Positions 23,621 through 36,259 of a stretch of DNA of 64,000 nucleotides are shown piece after piece. Under the pieces are notes generated by a model, which did not search any database, was not told the origin of the DNA, and saw nothing but the letters and a program-made list of their open reading frames with translations. Location of the stretch: the NCBI GenBank assembly GCA_028534125.1, contig CM052818.1, positions 41,976,001-42,040,000 of the forward strand, in the 5' to 3' direction. How positions within the stretch are numbered: position 1 is the stretch's first letter; each line of letters opens with the position of its first letter. The DNA comes from Lama glama. Its lineage: Eukaryota. The translations under genes were made by a program, and so were the position numbers.

Positions 23621-24854
23621 CTCCAGCTCCATTTCACAGCCTTTTGGGGCCACGATGAGCTGGGCTTTTGCCTAGGCCACATCTCTGAGCCTTTGGGGAG
23701 CTGGGTGCTGGACCATTTGTTCAGATCTACTTGGAACCCCTTGGCCCTCAGGGGCTGCCTACCCTCAGAAGGCTGCACTTTCACAGACAAGTAGTGACTG
23801 CACACCTGGGTGTGCCTGGCTGCTGCTGGCCGTGGGAGTCTCATGTCCTGCTTCTCCAGCCAGACCTTGGCAATGAGGGTCAGAGGGCTGCCCAGGGATT
23901 TGGGGGTCAGATAGGCTTAAGTTCCCATCTCTAGCTTGGCCTGGGGCAATCAAGGAAGACTTCCTGCAGGAGGTGCTGCTGAAGCTGAGACCCAGGGAGT
24001 AGGTGAGACTTATCAGCAGGGAAGGGAGGAGAAACCATAGAGGCTCAGATAAAAGAAATCAGTCTCCTCATGTGAAAAGTGGAGGGAACGTTTGCTGCAT
24101 TTTCTACCGTGAGTCTTCAATGAGGGAATGTGAGAAAACTAGGACGCAAGAGGCTATTACAGTGGAATCATTCTCTATTCCAAGGGAGTCACTGGCAGAA
24201 TAGGGTCCACAGGAGCTCTGTGGCTGGGGCAGTCAAGGAAGGCTTCCTGGAAGAAGAAAAACCAGGCAGAAGAAGAAAAGACAGCCTAGGCATGAAGAGC
24301 AGCAGGGGGGCAGGGCCCAACCCTTCCAAGGGGAGGGTAAGCCATGGGCCTGGGAAGGGTGGTCCTGGGGGCCTGCGAGGTGTCTGCGTTTGCCCAGGGG
24401 CCCGGGTCGGCCTCTCCTCATTCCTCACTTTGTATTTCCAGCTCTGTGGTTTCCTAATTTATTTGGCTTGAAATTTGTGTCAAACTTTTTTTTTCCAGGT
24501 ATAATTGAAACCTAACCTCTAAATGCTTGTTCATTCCTGAGGGAAATTAAAGGTGGTTTCAAGCTGGAAGATCACAGATCTCAGAAAGGGGGCCTGGGGG
24601 GTGGGGGTGGGGGCGTGCATTTCTGATGGGAACACTCAGCTGCTGCAGCCCGTTTGGTTAGATTCCCTACAGCTGAATGCCCTTAATGGTGGGGGCTGCC
24701 TGGGAGAGCTGGGGTGCCGTCTGCCCTCTGGGGCAAGAGGTCTGCTGGCTACGGAGCCCTTTAGGATGTGAAAAATCACCCAGCTCAAAATCACCTCCTC
24801 TGAAAGTTTCCCAGCCCATCCTGAAGAGCAGATGACGGGGGAGTCTCAGGGAAA

Positions 24855-25020
24855 GGAACCCGGTGCCCTCACTCAGGAGCTGTGTGACCTCAGACAAGTC
24901 ACTCAGCCTCTCTGAAACTCTCTGCGCCTCAATTCCCTCGTCTGCACGAAAGGAATGGAAATAACACCCAAGAGCTGCGACAAGGAGTCAATGAAATGAG
25001 ATGGCACTGTGAAGTCCTCG
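24855..25020 (+). mobile_element. MIR SINE
   Basis: 'agctgtgtgacctcagacaagtcactcagcctctctga'. Confidence 0.75.
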
Positions 25021-25101
25021 GGTCCGGATCATCCTGATGGAATCTAAGTCAGCATCCTGGCAGTTGAGGGAAATGGCCTTTGGTTAAAAATAAGATCTTG
25101 C

Positions 25102-25223
25102 GGGGAGGATATAGCTCAGCGGTAGAGCGTGGGCTTAGCATGCACGAGGTCTTGGGTTCAATCCCCACTGCCTCTGGTCAAATCAATCAATCAGTCAAAT
25201 TGCCTCCCCTGGAAAAAAAAAAA
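25102..25223 (+). mobile_element. tRNA-Ala-derived SINE (Vic-1-like)
   Basis: GGGGAGGATATAGCTCAGCGGTAGAGCGTGGGCTTAGCATGCACGAGGTCTTGGGTTCAATCCCCACTGCCTC plus AATC-rich segment and A-tail; A box 25112-25122, B box 25156-25164; only a partial TSD (AAAAATAAGAT / AAAAATAGAGAT). Confidence 0.9.
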
Positions 25224-26915
25224 TAGAGATTCAACCAAGACACATTTTTCCTTAAGGAGTAAGGATGGCTTCATAGGTTCCTTAGAAACAAAAGCTGTTT
25301 TTCCTCGCTTCTCTGCACATCAAAAAATACTTTAAAAGGCTGCAACTTCTCCTGTGTGTCAGGCCCTGTGCTGACCACACCGCATGCTTTTGAGCACACT
25401 CACAACGGGAATCAGGAAATGGCTGTTAGTGCTCCCATTTTATGGATGGGAAAACCAAGATTCAGAAAAACTGTGTTGTCTGCCCAAGGGCATGGGGCTT
25501 GGGGGTGGCTGAGCCTCAGTTAGTCCTCCCAGCCCCACTTCAGGCCAGCTCAGAGCCCCTTCTGGTTGGCGTGATGGAGACTCAGGGATCCAGGCTCCCG
25601 ATCTCCACCTCTTCATGGCCTTTATGCTCGGCGCCATAAAAGGAGATGCTCAGGCCCAAATTCCCCACAAAAGTGGTACTTCTGACCTACCCACTCCTCT
25701 CACCCGCCCCATCCTGTTCTCAAGTTTCTAGCACCAAACTCTACTCAGTCCCCACACCTCTCAGCCCTAGCCACCATCATGTCTCAGCAGCTTCTCTCAG
25801 AGGGGCTTGGATGGCACACTGTCTCCCCACCCCCTCCCCAAGCTCCAGGACCCTCCACAACGACCATCCAAAGGGCAGGCGGTATCGCACTCCAGCCCCC
25901 CGGCCCTCAGAACTGAAGGGCTGTCTGGTTTAGGCATTTGTCCTGTGTCTCTGAAGCAGAAGCCTGGAAGGTGCAGGAAAGGAGATTCCACTTGTCACAA
26001 AGGAGGCTTGGCAGGGCCTGGGGACACAGACACGGGTTCGGCCTCCTTATGAGGAAGTGAGCTCCCTGCTCTAGGAGGTATGCAAGCAGAAACTGGAAGG
26101 TCCCTTGGCAGGAATGTCACAGAGGGGACCTGGGAGTCCACTGGGAGGTCTCGTGACTGCCCCCTGAGGAATCCTGTTCCTCTGTCCCAGGCAGCATCAA
26201 ATGTGTTTCCACACTTGCCCTCCCAGAAGTTTTCCTATTTGTCACTGGTCATTTCTGTTGAAACTCCCACCAGACCACTCTTCCACTAAGACCCAAGGTC
26301 TGCTCTCTGCTCAGCTGTGGCCAGGCTGGGAGGACACTGGGGCTGCTCATCTCACCTGCTGTCCCCTGCTGGCTGCTGCAATCCTGGCTCCCCTCAGCAG
26401 GAAACGCTGCCTCTCAACCTCGGAGCCTCCGCCCTGAGGGATTTCTTCACCCAACAGGCAGGGCACCTGGGGATGGCATCTGGAACCGGAACTCAGCAGC
26501 CCTCGCTCCTAAACCCAGAATCTTCTGCTTAATCCTGCTGCTGCGGGGATACCCCGGCCTCACTGGAGAAGATGAACTTCTTCAGCTCCGATCTGGGCCC
26601 GCAAACAATCGCTGTTTGGCCCTGGCTTCCCAGTAACCCCTGCTGCTCATCTCTGATGCACCCAGGACAGAACCGGGATTCCCGTTGGCCCTGGACCACA
26701 CACCAGCATGATAAAGAACTGAGATGCAGGCCAGATATGCATGCACATCCTTTCCATCCGTTGTATAACCCTTCACAGAGCACTGTCTGTGCCAGCACCT
26801 AGGGGTACTGGGCACCCAGGGGAGAGGGGAAACTATCATGTGTCCCTGACCTCACCTTGTTCCCAGCTGGATAGGTGCAAAGACAGCAGAAACAGGTTAT
26901 TTGATTGCACTGGGA

Positions 26916-27135
26916 GAGTGATCAGCAAAGTCGTTCTGCAAACGGACAGACAAGTATTTTAGCTTTGCGTGCAGCATGATCCTCCGAAGGAACTCCTCAA
27001 CTCTGCCTTTGTAGCGTGAAAACCACCAGAGATAACAGAGAAACACGTGAGCATGGCTGTGTCCCAATAAAACTTTATTTACGGAAACAGGCAGTGGGCC
27101 AGATCTGGCCCTCGGGCAGTAGTTGGCTGACCCTG
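26916..27135 (+). mobile_element. MER58A (hAT-Charlie MITE)
   Basis: 'ctcaactctgcctttgtagcgtgaaa...gcatggctgtgtcccaataaaactttatttacggaaacaggcagtgggccagatctggccc...gtagttggctgaccctg'. Confidence 0.9.
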
Positions 27136-27929
27136 ATCTGGGATATAGGTTACCGAAGAGGTAACGTGAAAATACAACGGAGGGGGGATCAGTTACCACT
27201 GGGGTGGTCATGAGGTGCTGCAAAATCTCTGGGGAAGGAACAGCAGGATGTTTAATAGGCAGAAACTGGGGAAAGAAAGAGGAACCCCAGGCTCAGAAAA
27301 CAGCTGCAGGAAAGGACCATCGGTGTTAAATGACAGGTGTGTTCGGAGCGCCTGGAAAAATCTAGCTCGCGTGTGGCCACGGTGTGGTGGGAGAGAAGTC
27401 AGAAACAGGCAGGCAGCTCAAGCACCTCGGATTGTGAAGACCCTGGGGACCAGGATCAGAGTCTGGAGTTAAATTATTTGACAGGCATCAGGGAGTCACC
27501 AGGGGGTCAGAGGAAGTTGTCTGCGGAGAGGTGTTGATTTCCCGATCGCCATTACGATTTGATCATCTGAACACAGCTGGTGACAGCCCCCGCCCCCAGA
27601 TTGGTTGTCTGCACGCAGCACGGTGCAGGGACAAAGCACCAGCCGGGGCCTGAGTCCTGCCACCTTCCAGAGTTGCGGGACAAGTCGCCACGCTCTCTGG
27701 GCCCCTGTGATGCGAGGTCCCCTGGCCTGAGATTTGCAGGGGGCGTGTGGAGTGCCAGGCAAACTGCACAAACACTAGGCTCTTCACACACGTGATCTTA
27801 TTTAAACCTTAGGACCATCCAGTCAGACACTTATTATCCACATTTTATAGACAAAGAGTTTGAGAGAGGAAACATTCTGACTTAGCAGCAAGTGCTTACT
27901 GTATGTAAGCTTCACTGTCCTAGACCTGG

Positions 27930-28175
27930 CAGCAGTGTTGTTCTGGAGAGAGCCCCAGTGTTTCAGCACACAGACCTAAGTTCTTATCTTGGCTCCTCAT
28001 TTACTATTTGGGTTGGAGAAAACCTAAGCTCTCGGAGGTTGAGTTTCCACCTTTGTCAAATGGGACTATGGGCCTGTCTTGCAGGATTTCCTTGAAAATT
28101 GGAATCCGTGTTGATGCATGTGAAGGACAGGCTACGGGCCTGGCATGTATGCAGTTGGTGCTCCATAAATGGTCA
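27930..28175 (+). mobile_element. MIR SINE
   Basis: 'cagacctaagttcttatcttggctc...gagtttccacctttgtcaaatggg...ggcctggcatgt...ggtgctccataaatgg'. Confidence 0.7.
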
Positions 28176-29118
28176 GTGGATACAGAAATGTACAGCAACC
28201 TCAGGTCATGGACTTCCCTGTAGGAACTTTGCAAACCTCTCCCGCTTCCTTTCTAGAAGTCTCTGTTCCAGAAGAAATCTTCGGTTGACCCTGGGCCCAG
28301 GGCAGAAGGCCTCATTTCCATGTGGTTACAATTGGCCCTTTGAGGGGCCGTCACCCGAGGGGACGGAGCCGGCTTCCCCCCTCGCCCCATCAAGTGGTCC
28401 GATTAGAGCCAGCCACAGAGTAAGGCATCCGGGGGCAGAGGCCGGGCAGTGATGGATAACCCCATCCAGGGGCGCACACACAGGGCAATTTTAGGGCCTC
28501 CTGCCTGGGAGGCGGCCTCCTCGGGGCATGGGGGCCACTGACCCGGAAACAAATTAAAGGCACATCTGTTGGGAGGCCATTTCCAGCAGTGGCTCCAAGC
28601 AGCCGCCCGCATTCCTGGAACAAGGGGGCTGTGTGTGTGGTGAGCCAGGCGCACACTGTCCACGCCGAGAAATGGGGGCCGCAGCCCGTGGCCAGGAAGG
28701 AGCAGCTGTGGGGGATGTGGGGCCCGAACTGAAGCAAGGGCCGTTTCTGGGCCGAGTGAGTCTCAGTCAAAGAGGGAGTTGTTTTCGGGGTTCTGAGTGA
28801 CTCAGGACACAAGATATCAGGATACCGGATGCTAAGGAGGTCAGCTCTCTACCAGTGAAGACCCTGAGGCTGAGCTCTCTCCTCCAGTTCCCTATGGACA
28901 ATCGAACCCCTTCCTAACCATCACACCTGCACCATCCTGGCTTACATATTACAAGGGCCTGGAATGCGTCGTCCTCCAAATTGGGCTAGAAGGCACCTAA
29001 ACATGCTTTCTTGTTGATAATAAGATGACATTTTGTCTCTGGGGCCTCCATTCAGTTGCCTCAGTGTGCCTCTGAGGCATATTACCACAGGGTAATGTAT
29101 GTGCTCGGTAAATATTCT

Positions 29119-29243
29119 ATGGATGGATGAATGATGGATGGATGGGTGGATGATGGATGGAGGATGGATGGATGAATGATAGATGATGGATGGATAGATG
29201 GATGAAGATGGATGGATGGATGATGGAATTTGGATTGAATGAA
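29119..29243. repeat. (TGGA/GATG)n imperfect tetranucleotide microsatellite
   Basis: 'atggatggatgaatgatggatggatgggtggatgatggatggaggatggatggatgaatg...'. Confidence 0.95.
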
Positions 29244-29664
29244 TAGTCTGTGATAGACACAGATAATAAAAAGGAGAAGATAGAAAAAGACACTTAATAC
29301 ATAGCCCCTGCCTTCAAGACTTAGCATTCGCTCCACATGAAAAGAAATCTAACAGGAGCTTCCTTACATCTAAATCGCCCTTGCTCACTCTTCAAGGCCC
29401 AGAACGAGCACCACTTCCTCTGCGGAGCCTTCCATAACTGACTTCCCCCCACTACACCCACCCCCACGCCAAGAGAAGTGAAATGACAGACCTAGTTAGA
29501 GAAAGAGGAGAAATAAATTCTGGGGCCTTGAGCCAGACCACTGCGTTTGAGAGTAATGGAGCATCCTGCTAGAATTTTTGCAAAAAGAAATACATAAAAA
29601 ATATTGTCTGATGTTGTCTGCCTGTGGAATTTGAAAACCGAGCACGTGTGAAAGTCTCCATTGA

Positions 29665-29830
29665 CGATGTTCATTGACCCATTTGTTGAACAAATACATT
29701 CTCCAAGCACTTGCTATGGGCCAGGCTTTGCATGAGGAGCTGGGGAATTAGCATAAATCATCGAAGTCCTGCTCCCAGAGGCTCACAATCAGATGGAGGA
29801 GACAAATAACTCTACGGGCAGGCAGTACGA
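29665..29830 (-). mobile_element. L2 LINE 3' end
   Basis: 'aacaaatacattctccaagcacttgctatgggccaggc...gtcctgctcccagaggctcacaatcagatggaggagaca'. Confidence 0.75.
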
Positions 29831-29831
29831 T

Positions 29832-30060
29832 GGCAGCAACATCGTGCAGTAGTGAACGATGGAGCTTTGAAGCCAGACTGTCTGGATTCGAATCCTGGCT
29901 CCACCACTGCCCAGCTGTGTGATCCTAAGAATGTCGCTTGATCTATCTGTGCCTCAATTTCATCATCTGTAAAATGGGGATAATAGAGTAGAAAGAATTA
30001 TTATTTATTAAAGCACTTAGACAGTATCTGCACATAGGAAGTTCTATTTAAGGGTTAAAT
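29832..30060 (+). mobile_element. MIR SINE (near full length)
   Basis: 'gctttgaagccagactgtctggattcgaatcctggctccaccact...gctgtgtga...ctgtgcctcaatttcatcatctgtaaaatggggataatag...taaagcacttagacagt'. Confidence 0.9.
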
Positions 30061-30194
30061 AAAATAGCAACAGTTTAGCAAGGATGCAGAGGAGAGTCCT
30101 GTTGCTGCCCATCTGGAGCAGAGAGATATTAGACAGCTTCAGGGACAAAGGCCTTGTGAAGGTGGTGGCATCTCAGCTGGACCTTATTTACTCA

Positions 30195-30435
30195 GCCATT
30201 CTTTACAGTTATGGCCACCTGCTGTGTTCTAGGCCCTGTGTCAGGCCTGTGGTACACCCAGTCTTCAGTCATCCTCCAGTAGGCAGATGCGATGGCTATG
30301 CTCGCTTCACACAGGAGGAAACAAATTCAGCAAGGCTAAGTAACTTGCCCAGAGTCACACAGCAGGTCAACGGCAGAGCCGGACTGCAAACCCAGGCGGT
30401 CTGGCCTTTGGCTTTGCCATTTTGCTGTATGTGAT
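30195..30435 (-). mobile_element. MIR SINE (near full length)
   Basis: 'gaggaaac...ggctaagtaacttgcccagagtcacacagcaggtcaacggcagagccggactgcaaacccaggcggtctgg'. Confidence 0.85.
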
Positions 30436-32066
30436 CCGAACCAGGTTCTTGAACATTTCCATGCCATGGTTCGTGCCACGGGGATACTGACGGTACTGAC
30501 TTCTGGGTGAGGCTTAGTGCGTTAATGGATGCAGTGCACTGGGAATAGGTCCAGGCCGACTGTCCGGTCTGTGAGAATCAGCCATTATTAGCACCTCAAA
30601 CTTCTGAGTCCTACTTTGATCACGACGTTCTGCCACCTCAGAGCAGGGTGGCCTCGCAGCGGGTGTTTCCTCCACAGGAAAGGTTCCACGCTCGGAACCC
30701 ATGTGCCTTTCACTAAGGTGGTGGTGGGGTGGGGGCTTCTGTTCTTTGAGGACAGCATGTGGTTTGAGTTTGAAAGTTTACTTCCTCGAAGTCTAATGAG
30801 CCTCTGAAAGTGATTAAGCAGAAGACAGAAAGGTTAAGCCAACGCCTTTTTATCGGAAGAAGTAATATTGAGCCTAATGTCCCCAAATCCGTTTCCCACC
30901 AGCTCCTGCGATCTCGCCCAAGAAGGGGCTTATTTTCTGATGGGATGGAAATTCCAATCCAGTTCCCCAGACATCCAGGCGAGACGAGGGACTGGCTGGC
31001 AGGGCCCCCCACCCTGCCCCCACATCATGTGAAGGGACCTCTAGGTCAAGCCGTGGACCACCCGTCTCTGCCAGGTGTCCTCAGGGACCGAGGCTCAAGC
31101 TCTTTGTGCTCAGGATGTCCTCCCGGCTTCCCTGCCAGGAGTATTCCTGTTCTTCTCCTGAGGTCTCCGAGAAGCCGTCCTCACCTCTGCACTTGCCCTC
31201 GGCTGAGAGACCACTGTCCACAAAGACATGTTTGTCTGGGTAGGCGTCCTCCTCCGTCTGTGGATACAGCAGTGTCACGCATCTGGAATCCCAAATGAAA
31301 AGTGTCATGGCACCACGCAGGGATGGCTGAGGGAAGCTCCTGCTGGATGTCAGAAAGTGGGTTCAGCATCCCAGCCCGGGAGGAAGCCCCAGCGTGGGCT
31401 GCCTGCTGTCAGGGAACGAGACCTCCAGCAGCCCCTAAAGCAGCCAGGGCTTGTCTGAGCTGCGGGTACCTCACTGATCACAGGGCAGGGCTGGACTTGG
31501 GACTGTAGGGAGGGGTCGACAGAAGCAAACGTCATCTTGACAGTTGGCAGCGACAGAGAAAGCGGGGACTCGCTGCAGACCCCAACTTTTCTCACTGCCC
31601 CCTGCCACCCCTCAAACCCCTCTGTGCTGTCGGAGGGCTCCCTCCCTGGGGAGGCTCCCCTGCACCTCTGTGGTCTCCGCTCCCCACGACGGCCTGGGCT
31701 CTGGCTGCAGCGCATCCGGCCCTCCCTGAGCCTCCTCCCCCCGGGGCTGGGAAATCACTTCCCGCTCTCCTGAGGAGCAGGACTCAGAGAGCGCTTCTTT
31801 CCTCAGTTTCTCTTAGAATCTTAGCATAGGAGATAAATTTAGGAACCTTCCAGATCCCAGAACCATCACTTCATTTTGCAGAAAAAGCCCAGGGGCCCTG
31901 CCCAAAGCCACACAGTGTGTCGGTCCCAGTCATTAGACACCAGAGGACGTGACTGAGGGCTGTTCCCTGACCACTCCACCCATTACCTGTCCTGGCAAAA
32001 AGGGCTGCAGACGTGTTAGGATTTAAAGTGGGAAGCAGTGAGGGGCAGGGTAGGTTTGTTGGGTAC

Positions 32067-32207
32067 TGTGTGCTGTGTCTCTGTGGGTCATGTGTGTTGG
32101 ATCGGTGTGTGGTGTGTGTATTGTGTGGTGTGTGTATCATGTGTGGTGTGTGGCTATGTCGTGTGTTGCCTGATGTGCTGTGTGTGTGTGCATGTGTATG
32201 CACGTGC
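32067..32207. repeat. imperfect (TG)n-rich repeat
   Basis: 'tgtgtggtgtgtgtattgtgtggtgtgtgtatcatgtgtggtgtg...tgtgtgtgtgtgcatgtgtatgcacgtg'. Confidence 0.9.
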
Positions 32208-32531
32208 ACTCACACTTGTCACTGAGAAGGTTATGCGTGGGTTGAGGAATTTCATCCAGATCAACAAAGCTGTTGGGACATGCAGACACGTGTTTTTCAA
32301 TGACTTTATCTGAACATGAGTATATATGTTCTGGCGAGGACCCCAGACCCCCATCTATGAAGCATAGTCTGGACAAACGAATACCCTTCTGTGTGATCAG
32401 GACAAACCGATGGATGGGGGCACACAATACAGCGGTGACGATGGTTGACTGCCTGGCAGGAACTGGGTGAGGCTGGTGGTCAGGACACTGTTCCTAACAC
32501 AACATGGCATTTGAGCTGATTCCTGAAGGAT

Positions 32532-32984
32532 TATATTAGGGTTCTCAGAGAAACTGACCAATAGACATTTTACATATAAATATAAATTTATTATAAGAAT
32601 TTGCTCATGCAATAGAGGCTCTGGAGTTCCATAGTCTGCCATGTGTGAACTGGAGAACCAGGGAAGTTGGTGGTGTAATTCAGTCTGAGTGTAAAGGTCC
32701 AAGGACCAAGAGCACCGATGTCTGAGGGCCAGATAGATGGTGTCCCAGCTCAAACAGAGAGCAAATGGCCCATCTTCCACCTTTTTGTTCTATTCGGTCC
32801 TCAATGAATTGGACGGATGTTGCCTGCCCACCTTGGTGTGGGAGATCTTCTTTATTCAGTCCATCAATTCAAATGCTCACCTCTTCCGGAAACTTCCTCC
32901 CAGATACACCCAGAAATGATGTCCTACCAGCTGTCTGAGTGTCCTTCAGCCCAGTGACATTGACACATAAAATTCACCCCCTCA
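32532..32984 (-). mobile_element. MLT2B-like ERVL solo LTR, full length
   Basis: 'tatattagggttctc..agagaaac..accaatag' through 'gacacataaaattcaccccctca'; exact 5-bp TSD AGGAT at 32527-32531 and 32985-32989. Confidence 0.9.
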
Positions 32985-34099
32985 AGGATGAAAGGGAGGT
33001 TTCTGAGCAGCTGAGCATGGGGAATGGAGGCTCTGCACTGAGAGAGTGGCAGGAGAATGTGTCTTGTTCAAACCAGATTGCGCGAGGATGAGCACTTGGG
33101 AGGCAGACGCCAAAGGAGGCTGGAAGGCACAACAGAACAAACCCAAAGGCCCTTAAATGCCCCGAGAAGAGGGTGGCATTCTGCTGGTGCTCGGGGGCCA
33201 CCAGAGGAGTTTTGCAGGGCAGCGATGAAAGAAGACTCATGTGCGGGGGGCCAGAGCAGAGGCTAGACTGGATGAAGCGTCTGATGGGGATACGGCACGT
33301 GCTGGGAGAGGGGCAGCTCTGACACTCCTGGATCTCCACACCGAAAGCCAAATGGGAGGTCCTGACAAGCAGGCTCCAGGACTCTCGGAAGGCTGGGGTC
33401 TCAGCAGGCTGTGGAAACCTGGAAGAGCTTCCTGGAGGAGGTGTCATATGGGCTGACCTTGAAGTAGGTCTGGACAGCTGGAGGAAAGCTCCGAAGATAA
33501 CGAGGGGAGAAAAGAGGACTTAAATCGAGGAAACAAGATCTGAAGAGCAAAAGGTGTCTTAGGATCACGGGCAGCCCTCTGGGTCTGTGCGGAGGGTCTC
33601 TGATTGCAAGGAGGCTGTGAACAAGCCAGGAAGTGTCCAGGAGGCTGGCAGCCTGTGCTGGGAGGAGCAGCACTGTCTAGCTCTGGCACACATCACTGTA
33701 TCCCCCAGTGTGCCTGCCTGCATCAGTCCTCAAATCGGCTGACACTAAAACTAAAAAGTAACTTGATATCTTATATACTCCAACCACCCAACTGGTCCTT
33801 AAATGTCCTTTATTATATCTACATTTAATCAGCTCATGTGCTCCCAGTTCTGGGCACAGGGACCTAACTACCTGTCAAAACAAACCTTTCCAGTGTTTAA
33901 ATTCAAGTATATTTTTGTTGTTGACTTAGAGTCATGTAACCGCACCTCTCCATCCTGGGGTAGGAAATAGGACCATCATCATCCTCAGGGCAGAGGTGAT
34001 TCTTTTCCAGCACTAAACACAAAGTTAGCCCTCAAAGAATGTCTAGAGATGGTGGGAGCTTCTTTCCAGTCTAGCCATCATGGACTAGGAGTGGGGAGA

Positions 34100-34300
34100 C
34101 ATGGAGTCTGGTCCCACCTTTCCTCTTGCTGGCCTGTGCCTGTGACTTCATCTCCCCGAGCCTTAGCTTGCTTATCTGATAAAATGAGGTTAGTTCATGC
34201 CCGTTTCCTGGGGCTGGTAGGATAAGCAAATAAACTGTCGGGTGTGAAAGCACTTTGAAAAGTAACAAGTACTCTGGCAGTGCAAGGTGTTGTCATTAAT
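34100..34300 (+). mobile_element. MIR SINE
   Basis: 'gagccttagcttgcttatctgataaaatgagg...gtgtgaaagcactttgaaaagt'. Confidence 0.65.
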
Positions 34301-36259
34301 AATGATGATGGTTAGTTCTGGTGGTAGTGAGAAAAGTAATAATACTTCATCTACCAGAAAGTCTCTCTCTAACTCCTGGGAGTGACTTAGAGCACAAAGC
34401 CAAGGTAAACATTCAACCTGCTGACACAGGGACTAGACGATACAGCTCAGCCTTCGGGAGATTTTTCAGGCAAGCTGCCTCCCAAGGAACAGACCCCCTT
34501 GGAGGAGTGAGCTCCCCGTCACTGGCAGCATCCAAGCAGCCTCTGAGTAGCCCGTTGTCTCTGATGACATAGCAAGGACTCCTGTCCCGGGGGAGGAGGT
34601 TAGCTGGGTGGAGTACGAAGCAGAGATTTCTCAGAAACCTCTGGCTCAGAGCGGGCGACTCCAACTGTGATCTGCTGCTTCCTGCCTGCTTCCCACCGGC
34701 CCTGCCCTTGGCAGCAATGGCCAAGCCATTGTAGAATCCGATTCTTGGTTCCTGGGGGCTCTCTGCCCCCACATCTCACTCCCTCCTCTCTCACAGGCTG
34801 TGAAGGCGGGGGTCCTGGGCTGCCTGCATTCCTCTGTCAGGAGCTTAGAAAGGCCCCCAGGCCAGCTGGAGCATCAGGGTGGTCAGGGACCACCCCCCAC
34901 TGGGGGGCGGGGCAGGGTTGGGGGAGATGGAAAAGAAGACGCAGCGACCTTCCTCTGTGGTTATCTCCCGCATCTGTAAACAGTGCCCGGCCCCGCCCCG
35001 CGCAGCCTCAGCCTCACACTCGGGGTGACAGCGTGTTTGGACGTTCGGAGACCCTCACCCAGCCGCCTTTGTTCTCTGGGCTTAATGAAGGGACTGCTAA
35101 AATCCCACTTGCCAGATAAGATGACAGGGCAGTCTTTTAGGGTTATGGATGGTACACAGAGGTGACAGGACGAATTCCTGTGTGCAGAGGGGTCTGAGTG
35201 CACTGCCTTTTGTCCAGCGGTGGACTCGTCTTAACTGGTACAAGGTTGGCCCTTCAGTTTCCAAAACAAACATTTCTGACTCATGCCGAAAGATTAGAGG
35301 AGGACAGAGAGACACAGGCATTTGGGGGAAAGCAACAGACATTGCCCCCCCCACAAATCAAAGCCGAAACACACCCAGGAGGGGCTGTTTCCACCTTCTG
35401 CTCACCTCCAGACTGGCCCACCTCCGATTTCTTTCCTAACCATGATGATAGCCACGTCTTGTTCAGTGCATTTAAGTTTACAAAATGCTTTTACTTCATT
35501 CTACTTGCTCATTACAACTCCTTGCAAGTCAGGATGTGGAGGAGACCCCTGGATGACGTTATCTGCTTTGCCACTTATTAGCTCTTTGAACTTGGGCTAA
35601 ATCACTTGCCTTCCCGAAGATGGAGATTGTCACATGGCTGTGGTTGGACCACGGTTAATTAGCATAGTGGGAAAAGCTTGTAAGTTGCTACCTTCCCTGT
35701 GAGCTCTCATTTATTTCCCTGCAGGATGGGCGCTCTGGAGGGAGGGGGTTCCTCTGCCACGTTCACTGCATTCCAGCACCTAAAACCGAATGGGGTGCAG
35801 CAGGTACACTAATTTTTGTTAGCTGCGTACACGACGGATGGATAGATCTGAGGGCTTCTGGGGCTCTGGCAGAGTGGTCGTGAAGGAACCTATATTTCCA
35901 TGTACACACACACACCCTCCTGAGTGTTCTGCTGTGGCTGGTCTGGAGACCAGCTGCCTGGCCTCCAGGCTGGACTTGAGTGACTCCAGGTACCAGTCCG
36001 GCCTCTTCTCACTTATGAGTTATCTGAAATTCTGAGGGGGACTCCCTTTCCCCGACCCCTTTCTCCAACCCTTGAAGACCAGAGAGATAAGAGGGGCCAT
36101 GCCAACATCAGGCGTCGGCGGTAAAAGCCCAGTCCGGGGCACAGTGGTACCATTTCTGTTTTATTTTCTTCAGTGTCGAGCAATCTCTCCCCAGCACTTT
36201 TGACTTTGCCAGAATCTTGTTCTCTCGCAGGGAAGACCAGTAAACTGAGGGAGTGAGTG

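Noticed and set aside
25102..25175. Apparent tRNA-Ala(AGC) gene
   Set aside because: Acceptor and anticodon stems are mismatched, it is followed by a SINE tail and A-run, and two more dispersed copies exist; it is a SINE head
29832..30435. Inverted MIR pair as a dsRNA hairpin (also near 40340-40720)
   Set aside because: Copies are too diverged for stable pairing, and such pairs are expected at this MIR density
33740..34040. AT-richer segment that may be an old DNA transposon or LTR fragment (similar case at 43190-43370)
   Set aside because: Could not assign a family, termini or TSD from sequence alone
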